This document shows positions 44,701 to 54,790 of a stretch of DNA of 64,000 bases, one piece after another. The notes beneath the pieces were generated by a model that searched no databases, was not told the DNA's origin, and was given only the letters and a program-made list of their open reading frames with translations. Each line of letters begins with the position of its first letter. Position 1 is the first letter of the stretch. Position numbers and translations under genes: made by a program. Source of the DNA: Heterodontus francisci (taxonomy: Eukaryota); the NCBI RefSeq assembly GCF_036365525.1, contig NC_090394.1:41127367-41191366 (forward strand). Reading direction: 5' to 3'.

Positions 44701-47700
44701 AATTCCAAGTCCAGCATTCGGGCTGGGTCGAGCTGGACACTGCTTCTGGGAAGTCACAGGATCAGTCTTACCCATGATTCCCCACAACTCCAGCTGAAGG
44801 AATAGCCTGCTGCCGGAACAGATGAAGGAAATTTGTGTCGGGCGTGAAAAAAATTAAAGGGCTCGGGTTGGCTGTGGTAGGGTTTTAATTTTATAACCAA
44901 GCCAGGCTTTACAAGTTGCTACATAAACACACATACTCTTAGTTAAAGCTGTCTCCTACCAAATGCATTTAGGGAAACATAGAAGAGGGCAAGGAAGCAG
45001 CCACCAAAGGTGGCAGGTTTAATGCATATTACTGAAATAATAAATTGCATTTCTTCTGCTTAAGGTTATATACAGTTATAGACAGGAACAGTTCAGAGAA
45101 GTACAAAAAAAAGGCACTCTTTTCAAATCTGCACTCCTCAGTCATTTATATTTCACCAGAGGGGAGGCATGTTGCAGCACCTGGCTCAGCAGAGAGCCCA
45201 CCAAATAATCTCACCCCTTGTGGGAGAGTCACTGACCTCCACTTTGCACTTCTCTCTTATCCGCATACTCGAGATCAGGGATTCTGCACTCTAACTCTCC
45301 ATGGTAACAAACCTCACCACCACATCGACCAGCATGTGCCATAAAAAAAAAAAACCTACCTCTTCAATAGTGCCCGCTTCAGCAGATTTTACAGCACAAT
45401 CCTCATTCAGCACCGCTGGCTGACTGAACTTCATCCCACAATTGCCATGGAAGTGCTCCTCAGGTTGCTCATCCTTCTTATCTAGAGGTTTCCTTGCAGA
45501 CAAAATACACTGAGTGCCTTCTCTAATTACTGGTGCCACCACTCCTTCAGCAGGCGTCTGTAACTTTTGCCCATAGTTCCCATCATTATTCCGAACATCT
45601 TCACACACATGTGGCAGTGTGCCAGTTTGGGACCAATTCTGGTTTCTACAGCTGCTTTGGGAAAGGACTGGAGAACTAGATGCAGGAGTGAAGCCAAGTG
45701 AAGGGAACATAGGGCTACCTGCACCTTGTTCATGCTGGTGGATGCTCCCTGCCTGTGGAGTACAGGAAGGCGTTGACAGCAGAACACTAGAGAATAGTTT
45801 ATAGCCAGATGTAGTTTCTGGCATCTCCTGACCATAAGGGTAAATTACATCATTTGCAACTGGTTCTTCTGGGGTCCTGCTCAATTCCTTGTAGTCCGAA
45901 CTCTCTAGGTGAAAAAACATGTGTATATTAATAGCTCCATTACAAGGTGCTAGCTTTCCCTTATATCCAGCCTTAAAACAAATGGCCAGTGTGTAATTCT
46001 TTTTATTCATTCATGGAATGTGGCAAAAGGCCTTTTCATAGCCTGGTGGTTCAAGATTTCGACCTCCAGGCCAGCATTTATTGCCAATCCCAATTGCCCT
46101 AGAGAAGGGGTGGTGAGCCACCTTCTTGAAATGCTGCATTCCTTATGGTGAAGGTACTCTCAGTGCTGTTGGGGAGGGAGTGCCAGGATTTCACCCCAGC
46201 GATGAACAAACAGGGATATATTTCAATATTGGATAACAGATGCACATACATACATTTAGGTGATCAACAGCCAAAATTGTGCAATTCTCACTGACGCAGA
46301 TGAAATTTTTCACCACTACAGCAATAAACCGATCATTTATCTGATGCTCACCCATCAATGGGGAGTTTAAAAAAAAAGCACAACTAACCCCCATTGTCAT
46401 TGTATAAGCAGATTGCACACACACACCACACATGGAGCAAACAATATCTTTGCTTACTACTCTCCCCTCATTTGAAACAGAAGCCCCCAACCCTGCCGTT
46501 TTTCTCACATGCTGATAAATCTGCTATGGTACATTTTTAAATTTTCTTTCACAAAATTAGAGCAGCATATCATTTAATAAAATATTAAGAGCAGACAGAG
46601 GAACAGAGAAAACCATTCAGCCCCTCAAGATTGTTCCGCTGTTCAATTAGATCATGGCTTGTCTATACCTTAATTTCACTTACCTACTTTAGTCATAGTT
46701 ACACAGCACAGAAACAGGCCCTTTGGCCCATCGTGTCTGTGTCAGCCATCAAGCACCTATCTATTCTAATCCCATTTTCCAGCATTTGGCCCATAGCCTT
46801 GTATGCTATGGCGTTTCAAGTGCTCATCTAAATACTTCTTAAATGTTGTGAGGGTTCCTGCCCTTCAGGCAGTTTGTTCCAGATTCCAACCACCCTCTGG
46901 GTGAAATTTTTTGTCCTCAAATCCCCTCTAAACCTCCTGCCCCTTACCTTAAATCTATGCCCCCTGGTTATTGACCCCTCTAAGGGAAAAAGTTTCTTCC
47001 TATCCATCATATCAATGCCACTCATAAATTTTGTATATCTCAATCAGGTCCCCCCTCAGCCTTCTCTACTCGAAGGAAAATAACCCTAGCCTATCTAGTC
47101 TCTCTTCATAGCTGAAATGCTCCAGCCCAGGCAACATCCTGGTTAATCTCCTCTGCACCCTCTCCACTGCAATCACATCCTTCTATAGTGTGGTGACCAG
47201 AACTGTACACAGTACTCCAGCTGTGGCCTAACTAACATTTTATACACGTTGGTTCCATATCCCTTAATAACTTTGCCTAACAAAAATCTACTAATCCTAG
47301 TATTGAAATTTTTAAGAAAGTGTTTGAAAAAGTACCACATAAAAAGGCTGGTTAACAAAATTGAGGATCATGGAATAAGAGGGACAATGTCAGCTTGGAT
47401 AAAAACAGTGAGTCATGATAAATGGTTGTTTTTCAGACTGGAGAATGGTAGACAGGGTCAGTGCTGGAACCATTGCTTTTTTGATATATATAAAAATGAC
47501 TTGAATATTGGAAAACAGAGTAAAATTTCAAAATTTGCTAATTATACCAAACATGGAAGAATGACAAACAGCGAAGACCATACCAATCGACTGCAACAGG
47601 TCATAGATAGGCTAGCAAAATGGGCAGACAAGTGGGTGATCGAATTTACTACAGAGAAGTGTGAAGTGATGCATTTTGGTAGAAGGGACAGAGAGAGGCA

Positions 47701-50700
47701 ATATATACTTAATGGCGCAGTTCTAAAGAGTGTACAGGGACAGAGGGATGCACATGCATCGATCTTAGAAGGTGGCAGGACATATTGAGAGAGTAGTTCG
47801 CAAAGCACATGGCATCTTAGGCTTCATAAATAGAGATATTGAGTACAAAAGTAGGGAAGTTATGCTGAACTTGTATAAAGCGCTGGTTGGGCCACAACTA
47901 GAGTATTGTGTCGAGTTCTGGTTTGGAAGGATGTGAGGGTCCTTGAAAGGGTGCAGAGGAGTTACCAGAATGGTTCCAGGGCTAAGGGAATTTAGCTACA
48001 AGGTTAAGTTGGAGAAGTTGGGGTTGTTCTCCTTGGAGTAAAAGGAGATTATGGGGAGATTTGATAGAGGTGTACAAGATTATGACAGGTTTAGATAAAG
48101 TACATAAGGAAAGCTGTTCCCATTAGCTGATGGTACAAGGACTAAAGGGATACAGATTTAAGGTTTAGGGCAAGAGATGACAAGCTTTTTTTTTTAATGC
48201 GAGCGGTAATGACCTGGAACTCGCTGCCTAGGAGGATGGTGGAAATGGAGACGATGAATTATTTCAAAAAGAAATTGGATGGGCATTTGAAGGAAATAAA
48301 CTTGCTGGGCTGTGGGGATACAGCAGGGGAATGGGACTGATTGGATTACTCTACAGAGAATCAGCGTGTACTTGAAGGTCTAACTGGTCTCCTTCTATGT
48401 CCTAATGACTGACTAATTGAGGGCTATGAGAAATAATACTTAGTAAGAACTATCCACAAGATGGATATGGGTAAAGGGAGAGCTGGAGAATCTTTCAAGT
48501 GCAAGACCTATTGACGATATGGTAAACTATAGTTTTCAGTGCAATGCATTTGAGTTTCTTTATCTGTGTCATTATCTGTTGCAGGAAATGTACAGACCTA
48601 ATCAGCATACTAATAATTTACCGGCCCTCCTGCAGAAAAAGAAAAGAACAACTAAATGTTATCCCAGGCGGGGCCAGAACAGAACCGGAAAATAATGAAT
48701 ATTGCTCCTCCCCCTCAAAGGTGTGGACTGTAAGAATTCTGGGAAATCCCTATATCAAGTTTCCTTGACAATTAATGAAAACTTAAATACTATGACTGAC
48801 TGTACACTTCTTTAATTTCACTATTATACTGAACTTTTTAAATTACTGCTTGGAATACACCCTGGGTAAAAGCAGCTGCAAGGCGACGATAGGAAACTGT
48901 GATTTGGGCCTTCACTGGCACCAGACAAAATGTAAAGTTCAAATTCACTTTCTTTCAAGAAATGGAGACTGTCTGAGTCCAACTTTAAAGCGTCTCGCAT
49001 AGTCTGCCACTACCCAAGTCACTGGAGAACTGCAGCTCACCCTGCACACTCAATACAGAATATCTTTACCACTATTATGGCTAATATGCATACAGTCTAT
49101 AGTTAATATACACAAAGAATCTTATGGATGGATATAGTTTATAAATAGCTGGACTGATTAAGCTCTGTCAACAGCGTGAAGAGAAACCTGTACGACAACT
49201 GCTCCACAGCACTGGGATTAGTGCTTACACTGAGATCTATTACAAAAACAGTGGATATCTCCAGTATCCACTATCTCCAGTCCTACCTCTGTTAATGTGC
49301 ATTAGTTTATAAGGATATTTAACTTGGCAAACAGAGAATAAGGTAAATATTGGGCATTTTTTAAAAAACTGATGTATTTTGATTAGAATATCAAAATCTC
49401 TTGCTTTAGGAATGACTGAGCCATCTTACTTTGTGGGTGAGGTTCTTCAAGGTTTTCTGTAGCTTGTTTAATGTCCTGTGAATGTGGATTTTCGCAGTGC
49501 CCTGTATCCCAATTCTCAGCCTTCACCTGAGTTTCCACAGTACAGTCAATTATATTGTGCTGGGAAGGAAGAAGTGATTTCCTCAATGACTCGGTTCGGA
49601 GCTTCTCTTTAAGTTGACCGTAGTCCTCGTCAGGGAGGTCAAAATCCTGGACCTCCAGGCTGTGAAACAGCCTTTTGACAATAGGCTTTTTAACAGGGAG
49701 TAATGGTTCTGAGCACGTCAGTGTCCCATCTTCAAGTCCCACGGGGAACTTCCTGGAGCCGGCACTTGTTCTACGATAATAGTTACCTATTGGGAAAACA
49801 CAAATCACATTACATCAGCAATCTCAAATGGAAATGGAAATTGACGGGCAGGAAATGACCAGCTGGTCCACCAAGCCTGCCTCACAGATTATCCATAATG
49901 AACTTTTCAAACAGTCACAGAAGTTAGACAAATCATTAAATGGGCAAAGAGGTAAGTACTATCGCCCAAGTTTTTATTTAATTATATTTACAAGGCTGCT
50001 CATGCAGCATACGCCCAACTATGGTACAGAGTGAATGAATACACCAGACTTGCTCCACAGCACTGGGATTAGTGCTTACACCGAGATCTGTTACAAAAAC
50101 AGTCCAGTATCTAAACATTTAGATTTCCCTCTCAGTGTTTGTTAAAAACCATTAAAAAAAAAAAACTTTTCTTCACAAATGTGGTAGTTCTTTAAAGTTT
50201 TTTTAAAAAAACAGACATTGTTTATTGATTCAAGATAAAACCAAAAAATAAACATTTACATAAGGATCAAATAGTACACAAGACACTCAACTTGGGGACT
50301 AATTAAATGACCCCATGAACTTGCCCATTTATAAATCATTGCAATCTTTCTGGTCATCAGCCCTGTCCCTTACAATAGTGACTACACTTCACAAAGTAAT
50401 TCTATTGGCTGTGAAGGACTTTCAGACATCCTGAGATCATGAAAAGGTGCTACAGAAATGCAAGTTCTTTATTTCCTTCTCCTAAACAAGAACTAATGTG
50501 TTTTACCCACTCGGTAATGTCAGCGCTCAGAACGAAGCAAATCAATCTGGAGATTTGGAGTCAAATCTATTAAAATTCAACAATGCATGACCACTCAAAG
50601 CTCACCTTTTGAGAGCCTCACCCTCCTTCTGGGTTGAGAGACTTGTAACCGAGTTTCTGCTCTGTTCGAGTCAATCCCCAATGGAAACGATTGCTTTGTA

Positions 50701-53700
50701 CCACTGAAATTCCTCTTCAATGAGATGTCAAGAAAGAGATCTTGCTGAGTCTCTGGGATCATTTCTTGACTGTCAGTATCACTGTTTAAGCCCAAGTGAT
50801 GCTCTGGCACACTCAATACAGACTCCCCTTGTGCTGTTGACGGACTATTTGTGTCCTCTTTGAAAGGCCTTACTAACACATCATTGGTCTGACTTTTGAT
50901 AGAGTTCTGTAGTGGTTTCACAATGTGTTTGAGTTTATTCTGATACAGATTGGAACTCTTGATATTCAAGTTGTTACTGCTTGAAAACTCATGACTACTC
51001 AAGTTATTTACAGTATTTCCATACAGTTCATTAGTGTTGGACACTGACTGACAGAAGTTACTTTCATTCCCCTTGCGCCCTCTCTCACTCTGAACATCAG
51101 AAGTCACAGCATGAACATGAGGAATTCTATGGTTATTTAAAGTCCACTCTGCATGTTCCTGATCTTTAAACACCTCAGCATCAGTGAGCTTGGATTTTAT
51201 AGATTCTCCTCTGCCTCTTTTTCCCCCTTTCTCTCGTCTTGATTTAATACTCTGAGAATCAACAGCAATATTCCAGGGGTCCTGTGAATCATGCTGCAAG
51301 GAAGCTGCATCAGACCCACCAACATCATCCTCCTGACTGTTAAAAAGTAACAACGTGTCGCTGATCTCTCCCTCTGCTTTAGGGGAACCTTTTACAGGAC
51401 AGCTCTGGTCATGTGCAGACTTCCTAGATCTGCCTCTGCCACCATTTCTGCACTTTCCCAAGTGGCTGTGAATCACTGCGTCCAGATCTACACGTCGTTG
51501 ACAGCTAGTCATGCGTCGAGTTGTCCGCACATAGTACTCAACAGGGAAGAGAAGTCCCTCAACAAGGGTACAAGAGTTCAGTGGGCTATCTTCTGGAGCT
51601 TCACATACAGCAGTACTTGTCTGCAGCCGATCTGGTTCTAACACCACTGCCTCACTAGCAACATTGCTCTCACAGGCGTCAATGAGGTTTTCAGAGCAGT
51701 TTGGCTTTGCTTGCTGTGGTTGGGTAGCTTCAGTTAGTACCTCTGGGTCACTTGAAATGAAAGCTTCATTTTTACACATAGACACTGCTGTAGACTTGTC
51801 CCCAGGACTGCAGCAAACAGTGTCATTTACAGTTCTTCCCACAGGTGAGGTCAAACAATCACTTTCCACCACCTGTGCTCGATTCTTTAACGACACAGAG
51901 TGTTCTTCACCTTGAGGGGAACCGTGGAATACTTTGCACCGTGCATTCTCCTTTACATCTCTACCTTGTGACTCAGATACATCGCCGCCTCTGTTAAAGG
52001 AGGAAGATCTTGCATTCTCTTCATTAACAGTTGGATCCAGTTCTTTTATTTCTTTAACACAGGGCTCTCCACCATCAACCAGAGATTCATTCACCCCATT
52101 GGCTGCTTCACACAGCTCCCTTGTCAGTATTTCACATGACCTTTTTTTCTTCAGTTTCAGACGACTCTGAATTCGACTGTCTGTCTTTGTAACAAGGTCA
52201 GTTTCCACAACTGGGGAAGTGATGGATTCTGCTGAAGGGTCTTCAACACTTTCACATATGCTTGCCAAAGCCAAATTTGGGCTGCCAATGAAGTTTATGA
52301 TTTCCGGCTCGAGGTTAAAGGTCACTGCTGATTTTTTCTCATTGCTGTCTTCAACTGGGTCTCTGCTTCTTTGATATGGAGAGCTTGACTGACGTGTATC
52401 CAAAAATGGTGAGGCCTCACCTTCTTAAAAATGAGATTCAAGAAATATATATTAGGGCATGAATTTCTTTACCTTGGGGGAAGAGGGGGAAAGAATAGGA
52501 AACAGAGACAAGAATAGGAAACAATCTGAATATAAAGGGGCTAAAACTTTTTTTTGAAAATATTAGTGTAACAGCTGTAAATAAGCCAGCAGGCAGAACA
52601 GACTTGAGGGGTTGGATAGCCTCCTCCTGTTTCTAATCAGCAGGGAGGCAGAGTTTGGGGGGGGGGGGGGGGGTGAAGAAAGGTGGGTGACAAGCTAGGG
52701 CACTTCCTCTCAGAGGAGACGACCCATACATGTATAAGTGCTGATTACAAAACCACATTAGGGACAGTTGAGTAGCATCAACTCCAGTTTCTTGTGGGAA
52801 AGCCAATCAGGACCACAAGCAACGTTCTGCACCAAGGCCATTATGATCAAGAAATAGTTAACTGAAAGATATATCTACTTTCAAGTTAAATCATTTGCTG
52901 AAAACCTACCAGTTGTCAGCTGGGTCTTGCTCTGCTCTTCCAACAGCTTATTCTGATGCACAATCGTGCTTTTAACATGTTTCCTCACCCGCTCAGTCTT
53001 CTGTGCACGCTAGTAGCAGAAAATAAGAGATTAATATCAGACTGGCCGGCATCAAGTCAGTCAGAGATAAACATCGATATAATAAAAGCAAAATACTGCG
53101 GATGCTGGAAATCTGAAACAAAAACAAGAAATGCTGGATTCACTCAGCAGGTCTGGCAGCATCTGTGGAAAGAGAAGCAGAGTTAACGTTTCGGGTCAGC
53201 GACCCTTCTTCGGAACATCGATAATGGGCTCAACTCCCATTTGTTGGTTTGAACCAACAGCCTTCTAACTCAGAAGTAAGTATCACACCAAGTGATCTAA
53301 GCAGATAGTTAATTTCGGTTTGGTAAATTCAACACCTTAGTGTGTGCTCAGGGGTACAGATAGAACTTGACCAGGTAAAGCCACAAAGGATAACTCATTA
53401 GAATGCCTAACCGACAACCTAACGTACTATGTTGTCTTAAGTGATTATATGCTTAGTCTTCTCACTTGCTTTAGGAGGTACCTTGCTGTACACAAATTGG
53501 CTACCAACATAATCACAGTGACTGCACTTCAAACGACAGGTTAACACTTGAGAAGTAGGACCAGTCAGAATGAAGAACCCACACCAGAAACATCAATCTC
53601 TCTGCTCACGCCAATGCTGATTGACCAACTGTACATTTTCACCTCCTACTCTTATTTCAGGTTTCTATCACTATTCGTATGATGTGTTATAACACGGGGA

Positions 53701-53899
53701 TATTTACCTGTAATTTATAGACTGTCTTTGCATATTCTTTCTTGAGCAAGGCCAACCTTTCTTTGAGCTGTAAATAAAATAAATAACGAATTGAGTTCAT
53801 GTTGTTTCGCTGTGAATTAGATAGAGATCCAAAGTATTGGTTCTGCTTTACCTGCTCCCTGGCTTCCCAGGTCAGGGGCTTTTTCAAACTACTCTCCAT
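29541..53899 (-). CDS. PALB2: Partner and localizer of BRCA2; 14 coding exons, 4023 nt, about 1340 aa
   Basis: N-terminal coiled coil ([21 protein letters not shown]), ChAM motif ([17 protein letters not shown]), MRG15-binding FxLP ([13 protein letters not shown]) and C-terminal WD40 exons. All junctions are GT-AG and phase-compatible. Exon sizes 48, 60, 162, 86, 117 and 88 equal those recalled for human. Confidence 0.96.
30721..30878 (-). CDS. PALB2: PALB2 exon 13 (WD40)
   Basis: 158 nt; GILFILLSH...[20 protein letters not shown]; GT-AG. Confidence 0.94.
32150..32237 (-). CDS. PALB2: PALB2 exon 12 (WD40)
   Basis: 88 nt; [29 protein letters not shown]; GT-AG. Confidence 0.95.
32620..35455 (+). 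mobile_element. Decayed CR1 ORF2 in PALB2 intron 11
   Basis: APE remnants, [42 protein letters not shown]. Confidence 0.9.
33253..33583 (-). mobile_element. tRNA-derived V-SINE (HE1-like) inside a CR1
   Basis: Same family, reverse orientation. Confidence 0.88.
36452..36568 (-). CDS. PALB2: PALB2 exon 11 (WD40)
   Basis: 117 nt; [33 protein letters not shown]; GT-AG. Confidence 0.95.
37667..37825 (-). CDS. PALB2: PALB2 exon 10 (WD40)
   Basis: 159 nt; [31 protein letters not shown]; GT-AG. Confidence 0.94.
37977..38097 (+). repeat. Two degenerate units of a ~66-bp tandem repeat
   Basis: ctgtcccaacaaacactccctgggcaggtagagcatg recurs as ctgttccatcaaacacccccaagggaaggtacagcatg. Confidence 0.7.
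38690..41310 (-). mobile_element. Decayed CR1 ORF2 in PALB2 intron 9
   Basis: [50 protein letters not shown]. Confidence 0.92.
41677..41762 (-). CDS. PALB2: PALB2 exon 9 (WD40)
   Basis: 86 nt; [28 protein letters not shown]; GT-AG. Confidence 0.95.
42543..43410. repeat. Probable solo-LTR-like interspersed repeat
   Basis: Starts gttacagccaggtgag; locally CpG-richer; non-coding; resembles LTR-type repeats. Termini and TSD not resolved. Confidence 0.4.
43713..43874 (-). CDS. PALB2: PALB2 exon 8 (WD40)
   Basis: 162 nt; [15 protein letters not shown]...[10 protein letters not shown]...[11 protein letters not shown]; GT-AG. Confidence 0.95.
44369..44461 (-). CDS. PALB2: PALB2 exon 7 (start of WD40)
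   Basis: ttttgtag|GAG...CAG|gtttgt; 93 nt; ends TLQLISKIQ. Confidence 0.88.
44635..44911. mobile_element. hAT-superfamily MITE (277 bp)
   Basis: Perfect 12-bp TIR TAAAGCCTGGCT/AGCCAGGCTTTA; 8-bp TSD TAAGTTGC/CAAGTTGC (7 of 8 match); internal CCCGA/TCGGG motifs. Confidence 0.88.
45360..45904 (-). CDS. PALB2: PALB2 exon 6
   Basis: tttcacctag|AG AGT...GAA GAG|gtaggt; 545 nt; contains [11 protein letters not shown], similar to human PAFPILGTTPA. Confidence 0.88.
46693..47248 (-). mobile_element. 5'-truncated CR1 3' end
   Basis: [31 protein letters not shown] and tail. Confidence 0.9.
47310..48415 (+). mobile_element. 5'-truncated CR1 RT remnant
   Basis: [26 protein letters not shown] and 3' tail. 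Confidence 0.88.
49200..50103 (+). repeat. 53-bp direct repeat pair (49200..49252 and 50051..50103) flanking PALB2 exon 5
   Basis: tgctccacagcactgggattagtgcttacaYgagatctRttacaaaaacagt-type sequence occurs twice with 2 mismatches. Confidence 0.9.
49430..49786 (-). CDS. PALB2: PALB2 exon 5 (MRG15-binding FxLP region)
   Basis: ttcccaatag|GT AAC...CAA A|gtaaga; 357 nt, phase 1-1; [18 protein letters not shown]. Confidence 0.88.
50606..52423 (-). CDS. PALB2: PALB2 exon 4 (large disordered exon containing ChAM)
   Basis: 1818-nt open exon overlapping the 602-aa ORF; tttttaag|AA...AAA G|gtgagc; Ch[41 protein letters not shown]. Confidence 0.96.
52910..53009 (-). CDS. PALB2: PALB2 exon 3
   Basis: ctactag|CGT GCA CAG...ACT G|gtaggt; 100 nt; [16 protein letters not shown]. 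Confidence 0.92.
53080..53213 (-). mobile_element. Short Penelope-derived terminal-repeat insertion in PALB2 intron 2
   Basis: Same repeat family with a hammerhead-like core (ccgaaga-agggtc-gct-gaccc-GAAACGTT-aact); AACATCGATA duplicated at 53070 and 53214. Confidence 0.8.
53708..53767 (-). CDS. PALB2: PALB2 exon 2 (coiled coil, BRCA1-binding)
   Basis: tttacag|CTC...CAG|gtaaat; 60 nt; [20 protein letters not shown]. Confidence 0.95.
53852..53899 (-). CDS. PALB2: PALB2 exon 1 ([16 protein letters not shown])
   Basis: ATG at 53899; donor CAG|GTAAAG; 48 nt. Confidence 0.92.
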
Positions 53900-54334
53900 T
53901 GCGAGCTGAGGCTCAGGTGGTTATTAACAGGACGCCGTGTAATAACGAAGTGGACAAGCCGCCAATGCCTCACATGGGGTGGGACCAAACCTAAAGCATT
54001 TTCAGCAAACGAACTGCAATTCCCGCGCCAATTTTAACCAATCCGCGCGCAAGCTCAACGCGCGCCCCGCCCCTTCTGTCAGCTGAATGGAGGAACGACA
54101 GCAGTAACTCTCGACGCTATTGGTCAGTTCAAGTGACAATCATTAAAAGTCTTCGCACGTATGTTAGTTAAACTATTACTTTTAATTGATACTTATGCAG
54201 AATAAAATTTTGACAAAGGAAACTGAAAAGAAATACAGTGGACATTTTATTTTTATTCCGACTTTCCATTTGTCCCGGAAGTGTACGTTGTGTTTCCGGG
54301 TGAGAAGGGGAGCGGTCGCCCCGACAACCGAGGG
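53900..54334. promoter_or_regulatory. PALB2/DCTN5 bidirectional CpG-rich promoter
   Basis: Divergent ATGs about 435 bp apart. CCAAT boxes at 53962, 54028, 54038 and reverse at 54119; overlapping E2F-type TTCCCGCGCCAA at 54020; GC box at 54064; ETS/GABP CCGGAAGTG at 54275. Confidence 0.85.
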
Positions 54335-54337
54335 ATG

Positions 54338-54385
54338 ATGGAGTTGTGCGAGATCCTGTATAACAAGGCAGAATATATCGAGACG
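54338..54385 (+). CDS. DCTN5: Dynactin subunit 5 (p25), coding exon 1 only; no further exon recognised in the window
   Basis: ATG GAG TTG TGC GAG...GAG ACG|GTGAGG = MELCEILYNKAEYIET (human MELGELLYNKSEYIET); 48 nt; an extra in-frame ATG at 54335; conserved head-to-head position with PALB2. Confidence 0.93.
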
Positions 54386-54464
54386 GTGAGGGTGCCGGAC
54401 AAGTTTTTGTCTTGCTTTGAGTAATGGGGAAATCGGCAGCTGAGGGAGTGCCGCACTGGTGGAG

Positions 54465-54790
54465 GGGCCGCCTTTTAAATGAGATATTAACCCAAGGTCC
54501 CGTTAGTGTGTTCGGTTTGATTTAAAAGATCCCATGGGCACTATTTGAAGAAGAGCAAGGGAGTAATCTCTGGTGTCCTGACTAATATTTATCCCTCAAT
54601 CAATATCACAGAAACATTATCTGGTCGTTACCGCATTGCTGTACATGGGAGCTTGCTGTTTTACCAAATTGTCTGCTGGGTTTCCTGCATTACAATGGTG
54701 ACCGCAGTTCAAAAATACTTCAAAGGCTGTAAAGTACTTTGGGATGCCTTAAGGTTATGAAAGATGCTCTATTAATGCACATTCTTTCTT
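54465..54790 (+). mobile_element. Deu-domain SINE (SacSINE1/AmnSINE1-like) at the start of DCTN5 intron 1
   Basis: aaaagatcccatgggcactatttgaagaagagc...aatatttatccctcaa...attatctggtc, followed by an L2-like tail. Confidence 0.75.

Noticed and set aside
49200-49252. Duplicated intronic snoRNA
   Set aside because: No convincing C/D or H/ACA box arrangement on the PALB2 sense strand.
50595-52403. 602-aa ORF as a standalone novel gene
   Set aside because: It is PALB2 exon 4, with the ChAM motif and phase-compatible splice sites.
52657-52673. Poly-G tracts (also ~16184, ~24677, ~42465) as functional G-quadruplexes
   Set aside because: Simple homopolymers in introns or repeats, with unreliable length and no supporting context.
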